A stretch of 64,000 bases of DNA, from the sequence record PZ386975.1, one strand, 5' to 3'. The position numbers and the translations under genes are program-made. This stretch comes from a phage. Under the pieces are notes generated by a model. It searched no databases. It was not told the DNA's origin and saw only the letters and a list, made by a program, of their open reading frames with translations. This document shows positions 9,126 through 19,809 of this stretch, in pieces (the first letter of the stretch is position 1; each line of letters opens with the position of its first letter).

Positions 9126-11103
9126 AGGTCGTAAATTGAAAGAGGCTGGTCAGTTTATTGGTCATTGTGCATGTCCACGTTGTGGTTCATCAGATGCTGG
9201 TTCAATCTATCATCATGACGATGATTCTTATTCGATGACTTGCTTTAGCTGTAACAAAGGTTTCCCAGAGTGGGATTTTGATAAAGGACAAATCGTGAGC
9301 ACTTATTCTACTGGTTCAGATAACAAAAACCGTACTTTCCGTGGAATGGATTTAGACGATGTAAAAGAAAACCTAGAAGCAATGGACTTGAAAGACAGGA
9401 AGATTCCTGCAAAAGTCCTTGAACGCTTAGGTATCAAGGTTGACATTGATAGTGATGGTGAAATTGATGCACATTTCTATCCAACTTACAAACGTAATGA
9501 GGATGGCAAGCTAGAACATGTTGGCTACCGTGTTCGTCACCGTTACCCAGAAGACCACCCAAAAGAACATCTACGTGGAAAGTTAAAAGACTTTTCAGGT
9601 GGTGTTGGAGACATTAAAGGTGAACTGGCAATGTTCGGTTCATGGATTGCTCCAGAAGGTGGTAACCGTCTATTCATCTGGGAAGGTGAGATGGAATGTG
9701 CGACAGCAATCTATATGACTTCTCTTGCGATTAAGGACAAGTCTCGTCGTAAGAATTACTGTCACGTATCTGTTCCATCAGGTGCAAACATCAAGTCTAT
9801 CAAAGACAACTATCAGTACATTACATCATTTGATGAGATTTACTTGTGCTTTGATAATGATGAAGCAGGTGCTAAAGCTACCAAAGAGGCTGCTGGTATC
9901 CTACCTATTGAGAAGGTTCGTTTATTCCAGTATCCAGAAGGTGTAAAAGACCTTAACGAGTGGTGGACAAAGTTCTATAAAGAGAAAGACACAGTTCTGG
10001 AAGGATTTAAGCAGCGTATCTACAATGCACCTCGTTACTGCCCTGCTGGTATCAAGAACTTCGCAGATGGTTTTGAGGCAATGAAGAACCGTGGTCAGAT
10101 TCCATTGATTCCTTTCCCAGAATCTTTCGGAGATTTGAACAGGTTGACTTATGGTGGTTATGGTTTAGGTGAGATTACAACTATTGCAGCACCATCTTCA
10201 GTAGGTAAGTCAGCTTACACTCGTGAGATGATTTATTCAGCTTGGAAAGAAACTGATTATAATATCGGTGTAATTCCTGTAGAAGATACCTATGAAGAGT
10301 TGATGGAGATGCTCTGTGCAATCCACCTGAGCAAACAGATTTCTGAGATTCCTTATGATGAACGAGATTGGGATGAATTAAAAGGAGCACACGCAGAACT
10401 ATCTAAAGGTCGTCGTATCCATATCGTTGACCATCAAGGGGCAATTGACCAAGATAACCTGCTGGAATTTGTTGACTATCTTGTTAATAGTTTAGACTGT
10501 AAGATTATCATTCTTGACCCTATTACGTTGGCTCTGTCACGTTCAGATACGGATGAAGAGGAAGTTTTGTCTGAGCTATTGCGTCGTTGCAAACGCTACC
10601 AGTATGCACAGGTGAACGTCTGTCACGTTCGTAAGAGTGCAGGTGGTCAGAAGGCTAATTCTGAAGGTGGGGATATCTCTGAAGAGGATATTAAAGGTTC
10701 TGGTGCGTATTTCCAGATTTCTATGAACAACATCCTGTTAATGCGTAACAAGGTTGACCCAGACCCTGTTAAGAAAAACTTGACAAAAATCAAGCTAACT
10801 AAGTGTCGTCGTCATGGTAAGTCAACAGGTATTGCTGGTCATACTTGGTACAATCCAGACACAGGACGTCTTATCAAAGCTTCTGGATGTGGTGTTGACA
10901 TTGATGGTGCAGCAGAAAATATCCGTCAACAGTTTGGTATTGGTGAAGCTGAAGACCATTATGACGACTCTTTACCTCATTATGAAGATGAAGTGTTTGA
11001 CCGTGAGACTGGTGAAGTCTATACTGAAGAACAGCGTCAAAGCTCAACGATTCCACCTGTATTAAGTGAGGATGCAGATGACTGCCCGTTTGAAACTGAG
11101 TGA
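9112..11103 (+). CDS. DNA primase/helicase (T7 gp4-like)
   Basis: Cys4 zinc ribbon (CPRCGSS...CFSCNKG), TOPRIM-like FDNDEAG, Walker A APSSVGKSA, Walker B IIILDPIT. Confidence 0.75.
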   Translation: MLMSKGRKLKEAGQFIGHCACPRCGSSDAGSIYHHDDDSYSMTCFSCNKGFPEWDFDKGQIVSTYSTGSDNKNRTFRGMDLDDVKENLEAMDLKDRKIPAKVLERLGIKVDIDSDGEIDAHFYPTYKRNEDGKLEHVGYRVRHRYPEDHPKEHLRGKLKDFSGGVGDIKGELAMFGSWIAPEGGNRLFIWEGEMECATAIYMTSLAIKDKSRRKNYCHVSVPSGANIKSIKDNYQYITSFDEIYLCFDNDEAGAKATKEAAGILPIEKVRLFQYPEGVKDLNEWWTKFYKEKDTVLEGFKQRIYNAPRYCPAGIKNFADGFEAMKNRGQIPLIPFPESFGDLNRLTYGGYGLGEITTIAAPSSVGKSAYTREMIYSAWKETDYNIGVIPVEDTYEELMEMLCAIHLSKQISEIPYDERDWDELKGAHAELSKGRRIHIVDHQGAIDQDNLLEFVDYLVNSLDCKIIILDPITLALSRSDTDEEEVLSELLRRCKRYQYAQVNVCHVRKSAGGQKANSEGGDISEEDIKGSGAYFQISMNNILLMRNKVDPDPVKKNLTKIKLTKCRRHGKSTGIAGHTWYNPDTGRLIKASGCGVDIDGAAENIRQQFGIGEAEDHYDDSLPHYEDEVFDRETGEVYTEEQRQSSTIPPVLSEDADDCPFETE

Positions 11104-11577
11104 TAGCTATAAAAGAGAGGGGTTCATACCCTTCTTTGAAGAAAAAAGTTTAAATGAATTTCAGGAAGAGTGTTTGACAAAGGTTGATAGGTTCTATAGA
11201 ATGCTCTACATGAAATGTGATGGAGGCGTTGAGGTAGAAGAAAAGTTCCATCACAGTATGATAACAGTCACTATTACTATACCTCGACATAATATTGGTT
11301 GGCTGTTTATAATTAAAGAAAATGTGTTTGAATATCAAGTATATCGGAGAATATCATGAAACACTCTAAAGCATTTGAACAAGTTTTTGGGGATTCCTTA
11401 AAAGCCACTGCTGGTAAACCAGCAAAATACTATGAAGAGAAGCGTGTAAGAACTGGAAAAACTGCACGTAAAGCAGCTTCTAAAGATAAGCACAACTTCC
11501 AGTAATTAATGTTTGACAATAGAGTATCAACAAATTAGAATTGGTACTCTTCATAAATTGAGATAGAGGTTTAAATA

Positions 11578-12435
11578 ATGTCTAAAGTTGTTAAAATGAA
11601 AGCTCCGGTAGAGAAGTACAATGGTACTGAACGTCAAACTCTGCGTTACCTTCTGAAAGATGTCTGGTTTTATTACCTGAACACTTCACCACGTCCGGGA
11701 AAAGGCAAGTCCATTGATAAGAAATTCCCAGGCAAAGACTGTAACTACAGCGTTTCAATTCTGGCAGAAGATGGTAACAAGCTGTTTAAAGAGTTTACTA
11801 AGTCTAAGAAAAATCCAGAAGGTTGGGATAAAGTTACTACTGAAGCAGTTGATGCAGATGACTTCGAAGAGAAGTTTGGTTGCAAACCACCATTTGAAGC
11901 AGATACTTACTACATCTTGAAAGTAAGTCGTGCAGCAGCTTATAAAGATGGTGCTGTGTGGACAGCTAAACAGTCATTCCCTGTTATGCTTATTGAAGAA
12001 GTAAATGGTAAGCGTGTAGCTGTTAAACAGCCGATGAAGAAAATCAAAGCTCAAGCATCTGATAAACATGAAGATGACAAGAACTATGATGTAATTCATC
12101 CAGATATTGCAGTTGGTAACGGTTCTTTTGGTAGTGTGATTCTTTCTACTCACTTCTACACTTTTGAGAACAATGTTCTGACAAAACCTATTCAGGAACA
12201 GTTTATCATTGATACTCTTGTACCTTACACTGGTGGTAATGGTGCTAATGGCGAACCTGAACTGGATGAAGACGAACTGGCTATGCTTGGTCTTGATGGT
12301 GTTGAAGATAACGGTGAAATCACTGAAGAAGACGCAACAGACCACAAACCTTCGAATCACTCTGATGATGGCGATGATGAAGACTTGCCAGACCCAGATG
12401 ACGAAGAAGATGAAGACTTCGATACAGAAGACTAA
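11578..12435 (+). CDS. ssDNA-binding protein (T7 gp2.5-like)
   Basis: Strongly acidic C-terminal tail DDGDDEDLPDPDDEEDEDFDTED; position after helicase. Confidence 0.5.
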   Translation: MSKVVKMKAPVEKYNGTERQTLRYLLKDVWFYYLNTSPRPGKGKSIDKKFPGKDCNYSVSILAEDGNKLFKEFTKSKKNPEGWDKVTTEAVDADDFEEKFGCKPPFEADTYYILKVSRAAAYKDGAVWTAKQSFPVMLIEEVNGKRVAVKQPMKKIKAQASDKHEDDKNYDVIHPDIAVGNGSFGSVILSTHFYTFENNVLTKPIQEQFIIDTLVPYTGGNGANGEPELDEDELAMLGLDGVEDNGEITEEDATDHKPSNHSDDGDDEDLPDPDDEEDEDFDTED

Positions 12436-12453
12436 TCTCTAAAAGTTACTTTA

Positions 12454-12482
12454 AAGCCCTGTACTTAGTATGGGGCTTTTTC
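12454..12482 (+). terminator. rho-independent terminator
   Basis: agccctgtacttagtatggggct hairpin followed by T run. Confidence 0.55.
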
Positions 12483-12497
12483 ATATGGAGAGTCACA

Positions 12498-13544
12498 ATG
12501 GAGAAGTATACGCTAACAAAACTTCCCGATTCAGTTACACATGTCTTTATTGACTCTGACAGTATTGCCTATAAAGGTGCTTGTGTAGTTGAGAAAGCAA
12601 AATATAAATACGTCAATAAACTCACAGCAGAAGAATCTGAATCATTTGATAATGCAAAAGATGCTGCAAGATGGTTAACAGACCAGAGAATCTTTGTGGA
12701 AGAGCTTGGCCTAACATTTGATGAAGATGAATGGGAAAGACAGACTTGGAAAGAAGCTAAGAGTGAAAAAGAAGCTATCATGGCTACTCAGCAGGTTCTT
12801 CAGGAATGGCTTAAGGTTGTTGGTAAAGAAAGAACTTGGGTAGGTTACTTAACAGAGAAGGGTGTACATAAACATAAAGACATTAAAGGTCTTGAGCACC
12901 AATATCAAGGTAACCGTAAAGAGGCTATCACACCAACACACTTAGTCGCTTGTCGTGAATACCTTCTGTCAAGACCAGAGTTCAAATTGATTCTTGATGG
13001 ATTTGAAGCTGACTCTATCGTGATTGCTAAAGCTGAAAAGATGGGTAAAAAGGCTGCCTTAATGAGCATTGATAAAGACCTTCGCCAAGCTGAAGGCACT
13101 TACTGCATTGATATGACCTATGAAAAATCACCTTTAATCTTCATTGCTGATAACAACGTTGGTGAAATTTGGGATTGTCCAATAAAATCGACACCAAAAG
13201 CTAAGAAGACAGTTGGGGTAGGTTTTAAATTTCTTTGCTATCAAGCTGTGGCTGGCGACAATGCGGATAATTATTTTGGTTTAAAGGGTGTTGGTAAAGC
13301 TACTGTGATGAAGGCTCTTGAAGGGAAAACAACTTACAAAGAGTGTCTTGATGCTATCTATGAACTTTATGCTAAGAAAGAGTCCTACACTTATGTCTCG
13401 TGGGATGGTCAAACAGTTACCAGAACACCTTTAGAACTAATGCAGCAACACTTCTTCTTAGCTTATCAGGAAAGAAATAAGAAAGATGATTTTACTTTTG
13501 ATAAGTATGGGTGGACACCAAATGTTAACTCAACAAACTCTTAA
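12498..13544 (+). CDS. 5'-3' exonuclease / flap endonuclease family
   Basis: Helix-hairpin-helix motif GLKGVGKATVMKALEG typical of FEN-type nucleases. Confidence 0.55.
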   Translation: MEKYTLTKLPDSVTHVFIDSDSIAYKGACVVEKAKYKYVNKLTAEESESFDNAKDAARWLTDQRIFVEELGLTFDEDEWERQTWKEAKSEKEAIMATQQVLQEWLKVVGKERTWVGYLTEKGVHKHKDIKGLEHQYQGNRKEAITPTHLVACREYLLSRPEFKLILDGFEADSIVIAKAEKMGKKAALMSIDKDLRQAEGTYCIDMTYEKSPLIFIADNNVGEIWDCPIKSTPKAKKTVGVGFKFLCYQAVAGDNADNYFGLKGVGKATVMKALEGKTTYKECLDAIYELYAKKESYTYVSWDGQTVTRTPLELMQQHFFLAYQERNKKDDFTFDKYGWTPNVNSTNS

Positions 13545-14013
13545 AGAGTACCTACATTATGACCCCGAAACAGGGGTCTTTACTTGGATTAAGAAATCTG
13601 CTAGACACACAAAAATTGGCTCTGTTGCAGGTACAAACTTAAGAGGGTACACCAGAATTTATTTGTTTGGTAAGGGTTATTATGCACATACCCTAGCCGT
13701 TCTGTATATGGATGGATACCTACCTGAGTGTGTTGACCATAAAAATCATGTAACACTAGACAATCGCTGGGTAAATCTTAGGGCATGTACGTTATCAGAG
13801 AACCAATGTAATAGGTTGCTCAATAAGAACAATAAATCAGGTGTTAAAGGTGTGTACTACAAAAAACAGTATGGTAAGTGGTCTACACAGATAACTTTTA
13901 AGAAGAGGGTCTACTTCTTCGGCAACTATGACACTATTGATGAAGCAGCAGAGGTTGTAAATAGGGAACGTCAACGTTTACACAAAGAGTTTGCTAATAA
14001 AGGTGATGAATGA
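13486..14013 (+). CDS. HNH-AP2 homing endonuclease
   Basis: HNH core (VDHKNHVTLDNRWVNLRACTLSEN) followed by AP2-like block (SGVKGVYYKKQYGKWSTQI...FGNYDTIDEAA). Confidence 0.65.
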   Translation: MILLLISMGGHQMLTQQTLKEYLHYDPETGVFTWIKKSARHTKIGSVAGTNLRGYTRIYLFGKGYYAHTLAVLYMDGYLPECVDHKNHVTLDNRWVNLRACTLSENQCNRLLNKNNKSGVKGVYYKKQYGKWSTQITFKKRVYFFGNYDTIDEAAEVVNRERQRLHKEFANKGDE

Positions 14014-14510
14014 GAAAAATAAAAGGTTTTGGCAATTGCCCTGAATATGGACATTGGGTTTCACTATGTGGTGAAGTTGACCCAGCAAAGCACTTTGGCT
14101 TTGTCTACCTAGTGTACTGCAAAAAGACTGGACAGTACTATTTGGGTAAGAAACAGCTTAATAGTGTGACCAAAAGGAAAGTTGCTGGGAAGACTCGGAA
14201 GAAGGTAGTCACTAAGGAAAGTGATTGGATGACTTATGAAACTTCTTCTGAGTATATTAAAAAAGATATCGAGAGCTTTGGAAAAGAATTTTTTGACTTT
14301 TACATTATCCAAACCTACTACACAAAAGGTGGCCTAGTCTATGGTGAAGCAAACCTTCAACATAAATTCGATGTAATGACAAAAAGGATTGACTCGAAGC
14401 TCAGACTCTTCTACAATGCCAATATTGCAGCAATTAAGTTTATTACTAAAGAAACTTATGAAGATGTTGAAAAAAGAATCCATAAGGTAATGAAAGCAAA
14501 TTGTGCTTGA
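14010..14510 (+). CDS. GIY-YIG-like endonuclease
   Basis: GFVYLVYCKKTGQYYLGK fits the GIY-x10-YIG pattern. Confidence 0.4.
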   Translation: MRKIKGFGNCPEYGHWVSLCGEVDPAKHFGFVYLVYCKKTGQYYLGKKQLNSVTKRKVAGKTRKKVVTKESDWMTYETSSEYIKKDIESFGKEFFDFYIIQTYYTKGGLVYGEANLQHKFDVMTKRIDSKLRLFYNANIAAIKFITKETYEDVEKRIHKVMKANCA

Positions 14511-14533
14511 TAACTATTGAGAGAGAGAATAAA

Positions 14534-14782
14534 ATGTTTAACAAAAGCAAAGCTGTGAGCCATGTAGCAAAAGTTGATAGCAAGATTGAAGAACTTGAGC
14601 GCATTCTTGCAAATGCCAGAGAGTCAATAATCAAAGAAGTTGAAGCTGTTGAATCTCAAATGCAGCACCTAATGCTTAAACGTCAAGAGCTACGTGAGCA
14701 TCTAGAATATATTGAAACACGAGAGCTAAAGGTTAACAAATATTTTAAGGAGTCCGAATGTTTAACTCAAGAGAATCAGTAA
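14534..14782 (+). CDS. hypothetical coiled-coil protein
   Basis: Start moved to MFNKSKAV, which has an RBS. Confidence 0.35.
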   Translation: MFNKSKAVSHVAKVDSKIEELERILANARESIIKEVEAVESQMQHLMLKRQELREHLEYIETRELKVNKYFKESECLTQENQ

Positions 14783-15513
14783 AAAACTGGAACCTTCGTT
14801 GTGGAAACACTCAAAAGCAACCTTACAGTAATGAGTATTGGGAATCTTTAAAATCTCAATCTCTGTGTATGCTTGAAGAAGCAAAAGAGCTTGTAAAAGC
14901 AATTGAAGAGAAAGACCCCATTGAGACACTGGATGCTCAGGCAGATTTGCAATATGTTCTTGACGGATTGATTTATCTGTCACAACATGACCATAACGGT
15001 GCTATGAAAGCTGTTTGCCATAATAATGACCTGAAGTACACAGATGACTATGAAGAAGCTTTAAAGCGTCTTGCAGATATTGAGAAGCGTACTGGTCAAG
15101 AGTGTATTATCAGAATGTCAGTAGTTGATGGTAAAGAGTGGTATGCGATTGTTCGTGCAGCCGATGGGAAGATTATGAAGCAATCAAATCTCCCTAAAGT
15201 ACAGCTTGGTGAATACATTGTAGAACTTGAAAGCCAAGAACTTTTTGTGGTAGTATCTGAGACATGCGTTATCTGCAAAGGTATTGTAGGTAGCTTAAAG
15301 GATTTGGGTGTAGATGGTTTTGTAGAAGTTAATCCAATTACCTCTAAAGCAGATAAAGACTTCTGTAAAGAGAATGGGCTATGGATTGCAGATATTGTCT
15401 ACTATGATGGTGAGCAGTTCCATGTAACCTCATACCCGAAACTGAATTATGATGCTAATAACCTGAAGTGCTGGTTAAAAGGGGTTGGTTATAATGGATT
15501 CACAGAACATTAA
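14758..15513 (+). CDS. MazG-like nucleotide pyrophosphohydrolase domain protein
   Basis: LEEAKELVKAIEE...DAQADLQYVLDGL resembles the MazG EExxE/D helix pair. Confidence 0.4.
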   Translation: MFNSRESVKNWNLRCGNTQKQPYSNEYWESLKSQSLCMLEEAKELVKAIEEKDPIETLDAQADLQYVLDGLIYLSQHDHNGAMKAVCHNNDLKYTDDYEEALKRLADIEKRTGQECIIRMSVVDGKEWYAIVRAADGKIMKQSNLPKVQLGEYIVELESQELFVVVSETCVICKGIVGSLKDLGVDGFVEVNPITSKADKDFCKENGLWIADIVYYDGEQFHVTSYPKLNYDANNLKCWLKGVGYNGFTEH

Positions 15514-15817
15514 TAAAGAGGGTGTGGCTCAGAAGAGCCACTTCTCAAACTACAATATTTCTATGACGGTGTTTATGAATGACCCGTTACTTGAAAAGTA
15601 TGGTGAGACTCCAGATACACTTCTGGATAATGAACAAGTTTTAAAAGCAGTCCTGTACAAATATGGGATTGATATTGAGAAAGAGTATTCCTTTGAAATC
15701 TGCCAACACAGGAACACTTTCGGTAAAGTTGTGATGGCTCCACTCTTTATGGGTGTAGAAAGGACTGACTATGGTTGGTTGTATCTAAAAAGAAACTTGG
15801 AGAAATACCGTGTCTAA
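15485..15817 (+). CDS. hypothetical protein
   Basis: ORF in co-directional block. Confidence 0.3.
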   Translation: MVIMDSQNINKEGVAQKSHFSNYNISMTVFMNDPLLEKYGETPDTLLDNEQVLKAVLYKYGIDIEKEYSFEICQHRNTFGKVVMAPLFMGVERTDYGWLYLKRNLEKYRV

Positions 15818-16145
15818 AGCAAAAAAGCTATCTTATGATGACATTATATCAGGTGCTAAGTTAGGTGTTGACAGTATCGGACAAGACGTTAAGCACGGAG
15901 ACACAGTTATGTACTGTGATGACCGAAGAGGTAGAAGTGCAATCTTGTTTGGGAGAATTGTTTGCAAGATGCGAGGTAATTACGTTGTTGCAGACATGTA
16001 TGTGAACGTTACACAAAAGCTTGAAACAATTATGGATGCTAATACACCATCATGGTTCCTGAATTGTATGCACACTTCTTCAGTCACAAAGGTAAGTGAT
16101 AAGTTTTACGATATGTGGCAGAATGAGCAAATTTTCAAGATTTAA
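15810..16145 (+). CDS. hypothetical protein
   Basis: ORF in co-directional block. Confidence 0.35.
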   Translation: MSKAKKLSYDDIISGAKLGVDSIGQDVKHGDTVMYCDDRRGRSAILFGRIVCKMRGNYVVADMYVNVTQKLETIMDANTPSWFLNCMHTSSVTKVSDKFYDMWQNEQIFKI

Positions 16146-16149
16146 ACTA

Positions 16150-16174
16150 GGGAGCCTCTTCGGAGGCTCTTTTC
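16150..16174 (+). terminator. rho-independent terminator
   Basis: gggagcctcttcggaggctc hairpin then TTTT. Confidence 0.6.
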
Positions 16175-16191
16175 ATCTGTAGGATTCAAAA

Positions 16192-18426
16192 ATGATTAAG
16201 ACAATTAAAAAATCAAACGGTACAGTAGTAAGCTTTGACCCAGAAAGACTGAATAAGTGGGCATCATGGGCAGATAAGCGCGGAATCATCTGGTCAGAAG
16301 TCACTATGGAAGCCATGAAACGTGTCTATGAAGGTTGCACTACAAAAGAGATGCACCAAGCCATGATTGATGTTTGTGTTGATAAACAAACTCAAGAGTA
16401 CTCAGATATGGCTGGACGGCTACTTCTGGGAATTATCTACAAAGAAGCCTTTGGAGGTTTTACTAAGGTTCCTACGCTGGTTACCTTCGTTAAAAATATG
16501 GAGAGAGCAGGACTTTGGGAGAAGATGGACTATTCTCAGGAAGAGCTTGAATACCTGCAAGGGTACATTGTGCACTCAAAAGATATCTCTTATGGTTATG
16601 CAGTCCTGAAACAGTTCAGAGACAAGTATGGTATCCGTGATATTAAAACGGGAAGACTTTTTGAGTCACCACAATTTATGTTTATGGGTATGGCTATGAA
16701 AGCCTTTGAGAAGCAACCAAAGCACCGTAGACTGCAAGATGTTATCAAGCTGTACACTTACCTATCTGACCTGAAGATTAACGCTCCTACACCTTATTTA
16801 AACGGTTTAAGAGCAACTAAATCAGGCTATGCGTCATGCTGTTTGATTAAGGCAAATGACACTGCCGAATCTCTCGGTATTGCTGCAAAGGTTGCTTATG
16901 ACATGACTACAAAGCAAGCTGGTATCGGGATGCTGATGGAGACTCGCACTATTGGTGATGGTATCCGTCAAAACACGATTGAGCACATGGGTAAGCTGCC
17001 TTATTATAAGCTTGTACGTTCATCTGTAGAGGCAAACAAACAGAAGAGTCGTGGTGGTTCAGCTAATAACTTCTACACTGCTCTAGACCCGCAGATTGAA
17101 GATTTACTGCGTTTGAAGCACCCTACAACGGTTCCTTCTAAACGTATTAATGAGATGGACTACTCATTCGGCACAAACGATTATTTCTGGCAGTGTGTTC
17201 AGTATGATACGGATTGGTTGCTATTCTCTTACAAAGATGCACCAAAACTCTATGACATGTTCTACACAGCATCTGCTGATGAGTTTGCTATGGCAGTTGG
17301 TCACGCAGTACATTCAGGAGTTAAGCACAGACGAGTAAAGGCTCGTGAAATTGCCAAGCTGTTTATTCAACAGCGTTATGCTACAGGTCGTGTGTATCCA
17401 TTCTTCACTAACAATGCGAACACACATACACCATTTAAAGAACCATTGAAGATGTCAAATCTTTGTATGGAAATTGTGTTGCCAGTGTATGGTTTTGAGA
17501 AAGAGACAGACCTTTACAGAGACGATGCTGTGAAAGAGGATGGTGAGGTGGCTCTTTGCTTCCTAGCTAGTTTGGTTGCAGGGAGAATTTCAGAAGATGA
17601 ATACGCTGACGTTGCTTATTATGCTCTTGCAATGGTTGACTCCGTTATTGACCTTATGGATTATCCGTATCCGTCGATGCGTAACCATGTTCAGAAGCGT
17701 CGTTCTGTTGGGATTGGCCTTACAAATGTGGCTCATTACCTTGCGAAGAACTACGTGAACTACTCTTCACGAGCAGGTAAAACGAAACTTCATGAACTGG
17801 CAGAGATGCACTCTTACTATCTGCATGAAGCCTCTCTGAGACTTGCTAAAGAGCGTGGCGTTCCAGAATACATGAAGTTCACTAAGTATCCTGAAGGCTG
17901 GGTTCCTCCAAAGACAGCTAACAAGAAGATTGATGAAAAGCATGATGCAAAACTACGATATGATTGGGATGACTTAGCACAACGTATCAAAGAAAATGGT
18001 GGAATCCGAAACTCTGTATTAGAAGCTTACATGCCTAATGAGAGTTCTTCACTGGCAACCAATACGACAAATGGCTTGTATCCAATTCGTGACTTTATTT
18101 TAACTAAAAAGTCTGCAACTGGTAACGTACTGTTTATTGTTCCAGATTATGAAGAGCTAAAGTATGTCTATGAAATTGCTTGGGATATTGACACCTTTGA
18201 TATGATTGATTGTTATGCAATTGTTCAAAAGTTCACTGGTCAAGCTATCTCTTCAGACTTCTATGTTGACTATGCAAAGTCTAAGAAGGTATCATTGTCT
18301 CAAGCTCTGAAGTACATGATTTATGCCAACTCAGTAGGTATGAAAACCATGTACTACCTTAACAGTCGCATTGGTGTAGGTAAATCTGCACTGCAAGATG
18401 CTTATTGCGAGGGTTGTGGTGTTTAG
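16192..18426 (+). CDS. nrdA: ribonucleotide reductase class Ia large subunit
   Basis: 744 aa, N-terminal ATP-cone-like start, C-terminal YCEGCGV tail typical of class I alpha subunits. Confidence 0.8.
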   Translation: MIKTIKKSNGTVVSFDPERLNKWASWADKRGIIWSEVTMEAMKRVYEGCTTKEMHQAMIDVCVDKQTQEYSDMAGRLLLGIIYKEAFGGFTKVPTLVTFVKNMERAGLWEKMDYSQEELEYLQGYIVHSKDISYGYAVLKQFRDKYGIRDIKTGRLFESPQFMFMGMAMKAFEKQPKHRRLQDVIKLYTYLSDLKINAPTPYLNGLRATKSGYASCCLIKANDTAESLGIAAKVAYDMTTKQAGIGMLMETRTIGDGIRQNTIEHMGKLPYYKLVRSSVEANKQKSRGGSANNFYTALDPQIEDLLRLKHPTTVPSKRINEMDYSFGTNDYFWQCVQYDTDWLLFSYKDAPKLYDMFYTASADEFAMAVGHAVHSGVKHRRVKAREIAKLFIQQRYATGRVYPFFTNNANTHTPFKEPLKMSNLCMEIVLPVYGFEKETDLYRDDAVKEDGEVALCFLASLVAGRISEDEYADVAYYALAMVDSVIDLMDYPYPSMRNHVQKRRSVGIGLTNVAHYLAKNYVNYSSRAGKTKLHELAEMHSYYLHEASLRLAKERGVPEYMKFTKYPEGWVPPKTANKKIDEKHDAKLRYDWDDLAQRIKENGGIRNSVLEAYMPNESSSLATNTTNGLYPIRDFILTKKSATGNVLFIVPDYEELKYVYEIAWDIDTFDMIDCYAIVQKFTGQAISSDFYVDYAKSKKVSLSQALKYMIYANSVGMKTMYYLNSRIGVGKSALQDAYCEGCGV

Positions 18427-18481
18427 TTTTAACAACTATGAGGGTCGTAAAAGACCCTCTAAAAATAACTTTGGAGAGACC

Positions 18482-18739
18482 ATGAAAGATTTAATAGAAA
18501 AACATGAGCGGCCTATATACTTGCTCCACAAGCCTCGGAAAACGATGTACTATGTGAGTAGCACAGATATGATGATAAAACAAAATGATGACTCATGGGT
18601 TGCTGGTATCTCTTACATCTCTACAGCAGATGGTAAAATCTACGCAAGACCTTATGAGATGTTTAACAAAGAAAATTGGGAAGTTTTAGACAGAAAACAA
18701 GCCTTAGAAATGATAAAGAAAGGAGAAATCACGCTATGA
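18482..18739 (+). CDS. hypothetical protein
   Basis: Start moved to MKDLIEK, which has an RBS. Confidence 0.35.
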   Translation: MKDLIEKHERPIYLLHKPRKTMYYVSSTDMMIKQNDDSWVAGISYISTADGKIYARPYEMFNKENWEVLDRKQALEMIKKGEITL

Positions 18740-19809
18740 TTAACCAGCACCCAATCTTTTTAGGTGGTGAGAGAAAAACTTTTGACTCACTTAATAAGCA
18801 CTACCCAAAAATCTTTGAACTTTATAAACAACAAAAAGCACAAGACTGGTCAGAAGATGAGTTCCCTTTTGAACAATCACGTCTTGATTTTGAGAGTGTC
18901 CCAGCATCAATGTCAGGTGTAATGCTTGAGATTCTTAAGTGGCAATGGGAAGCAGATACTCAAGTTGCTAAGAGCTTGGCATTTGCCTTTGCACCATTTA
19001 TCTCTGATGACATTTATGCAACTGCAATTATGAAGCAGTCTGAGATTGAAAACCTACATGCTCTCACTTACTCAGAGATTGTAAGACAATGTATTAAAAA
19101 CCCTGAAACAATCTTAGATGAGATTAACCAGAATGTTGCTGTGCAAGACCGATTAAAAACTGTGAATCGTGTTCTTGAAGAATTACTGGATGAAGGGATA
19201 AACTACCGACTGAGTTATGTCCGTGATTCACTTCTGGACAAAGACCCTTTACACTTCCATAAAGTGATTCTGAAAGGTCTATTTGCAGTGACTGCACTGG
19301 AAGGTATATCTTTTATGGCATCCTTTGCATGTACTTTTGCACTTGATGCTCAAGATAAATTTCAGGGTATTGCTCAAGCTGTGCAGAAGATTATGCTTGA
19401 TGAAATCCTTCACACTAAAATTGATATTGAAGTTTTAAAAGAAACTTTAAGGGATGATGAGTGGCAGAAAGCTTTTCAACAAATTCTTCCAGAGATTAAA
19501 GTAATCTTAGATGAAGTAGTTGAAAGTGAAGAGAAATGGTCGTATTATATCTTCTCCGAAGGACGTGCTGTAGTTGGCTTAAATACAAAGCTTCTTCATG
19601 AGTGGGTTTATTATAATGCTGCCCCACTGTATGATATGTTTGGCATTCCCAGAGATTTTGTAGCTCCTAAAGAACCACCTTTAAAGTACATGATTAAGAA
19701 GATGGAAATTGATAAAGAGCAGAATGCTAATCAGGAGCAACAGAACGGTGCGTACCTATTGAATACTGTTGTAGATGATTTGAATAGTGGATTTTTAGAG
19801 GTTCCTTAA
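18736..19809 (+). CDS. nrdB: ribonucleotide reductase class Ia small subunit
   Basis: Ferritin-like iron-binding region (EILHT); start moved to MINQHP after AAGGAGA RBS; directly follows nrdA. Confidence 0.75.
   Translation: MINQHPIFLGGERKTFDSLNKHYPKIFELYKQQKAQDWSEDEFPFEQSRLDFESVPASMSGVMLEILKWQWEADTQVAKSLAFAFAPFISDDIYATAIMKQSEIENLHALTYSEIVRQCIKNPETILDEINQNVAVQDRLKTVNRVLEELLDEGINYRLSYVRDSLLDKDPLHFHKVILKGLFAVTALEGISFMASFACTFALDAQDKFQGIAQAVQKIMLDEILHTKIDIEVLKETLRDDEWQKAFQQILPEIKVILDEVVESEEKWSYYIFSEGRAVVGLNTKLLHEWVYYNAAPLYDMFGIPRDFVAPKEPPLKYMIKKMEIDKEQNANQEQQNGAYLLNTVVDDLNSGFLEVP

Noticed and set aside
11066-11359. 97 aa ORF overlapping the end of the primase-helicase gene
   Set aside because: Starts inside the helicase frame and has no RBS; a shorter basic ORF at about 11357-11506 may be the real gene here but is unverified
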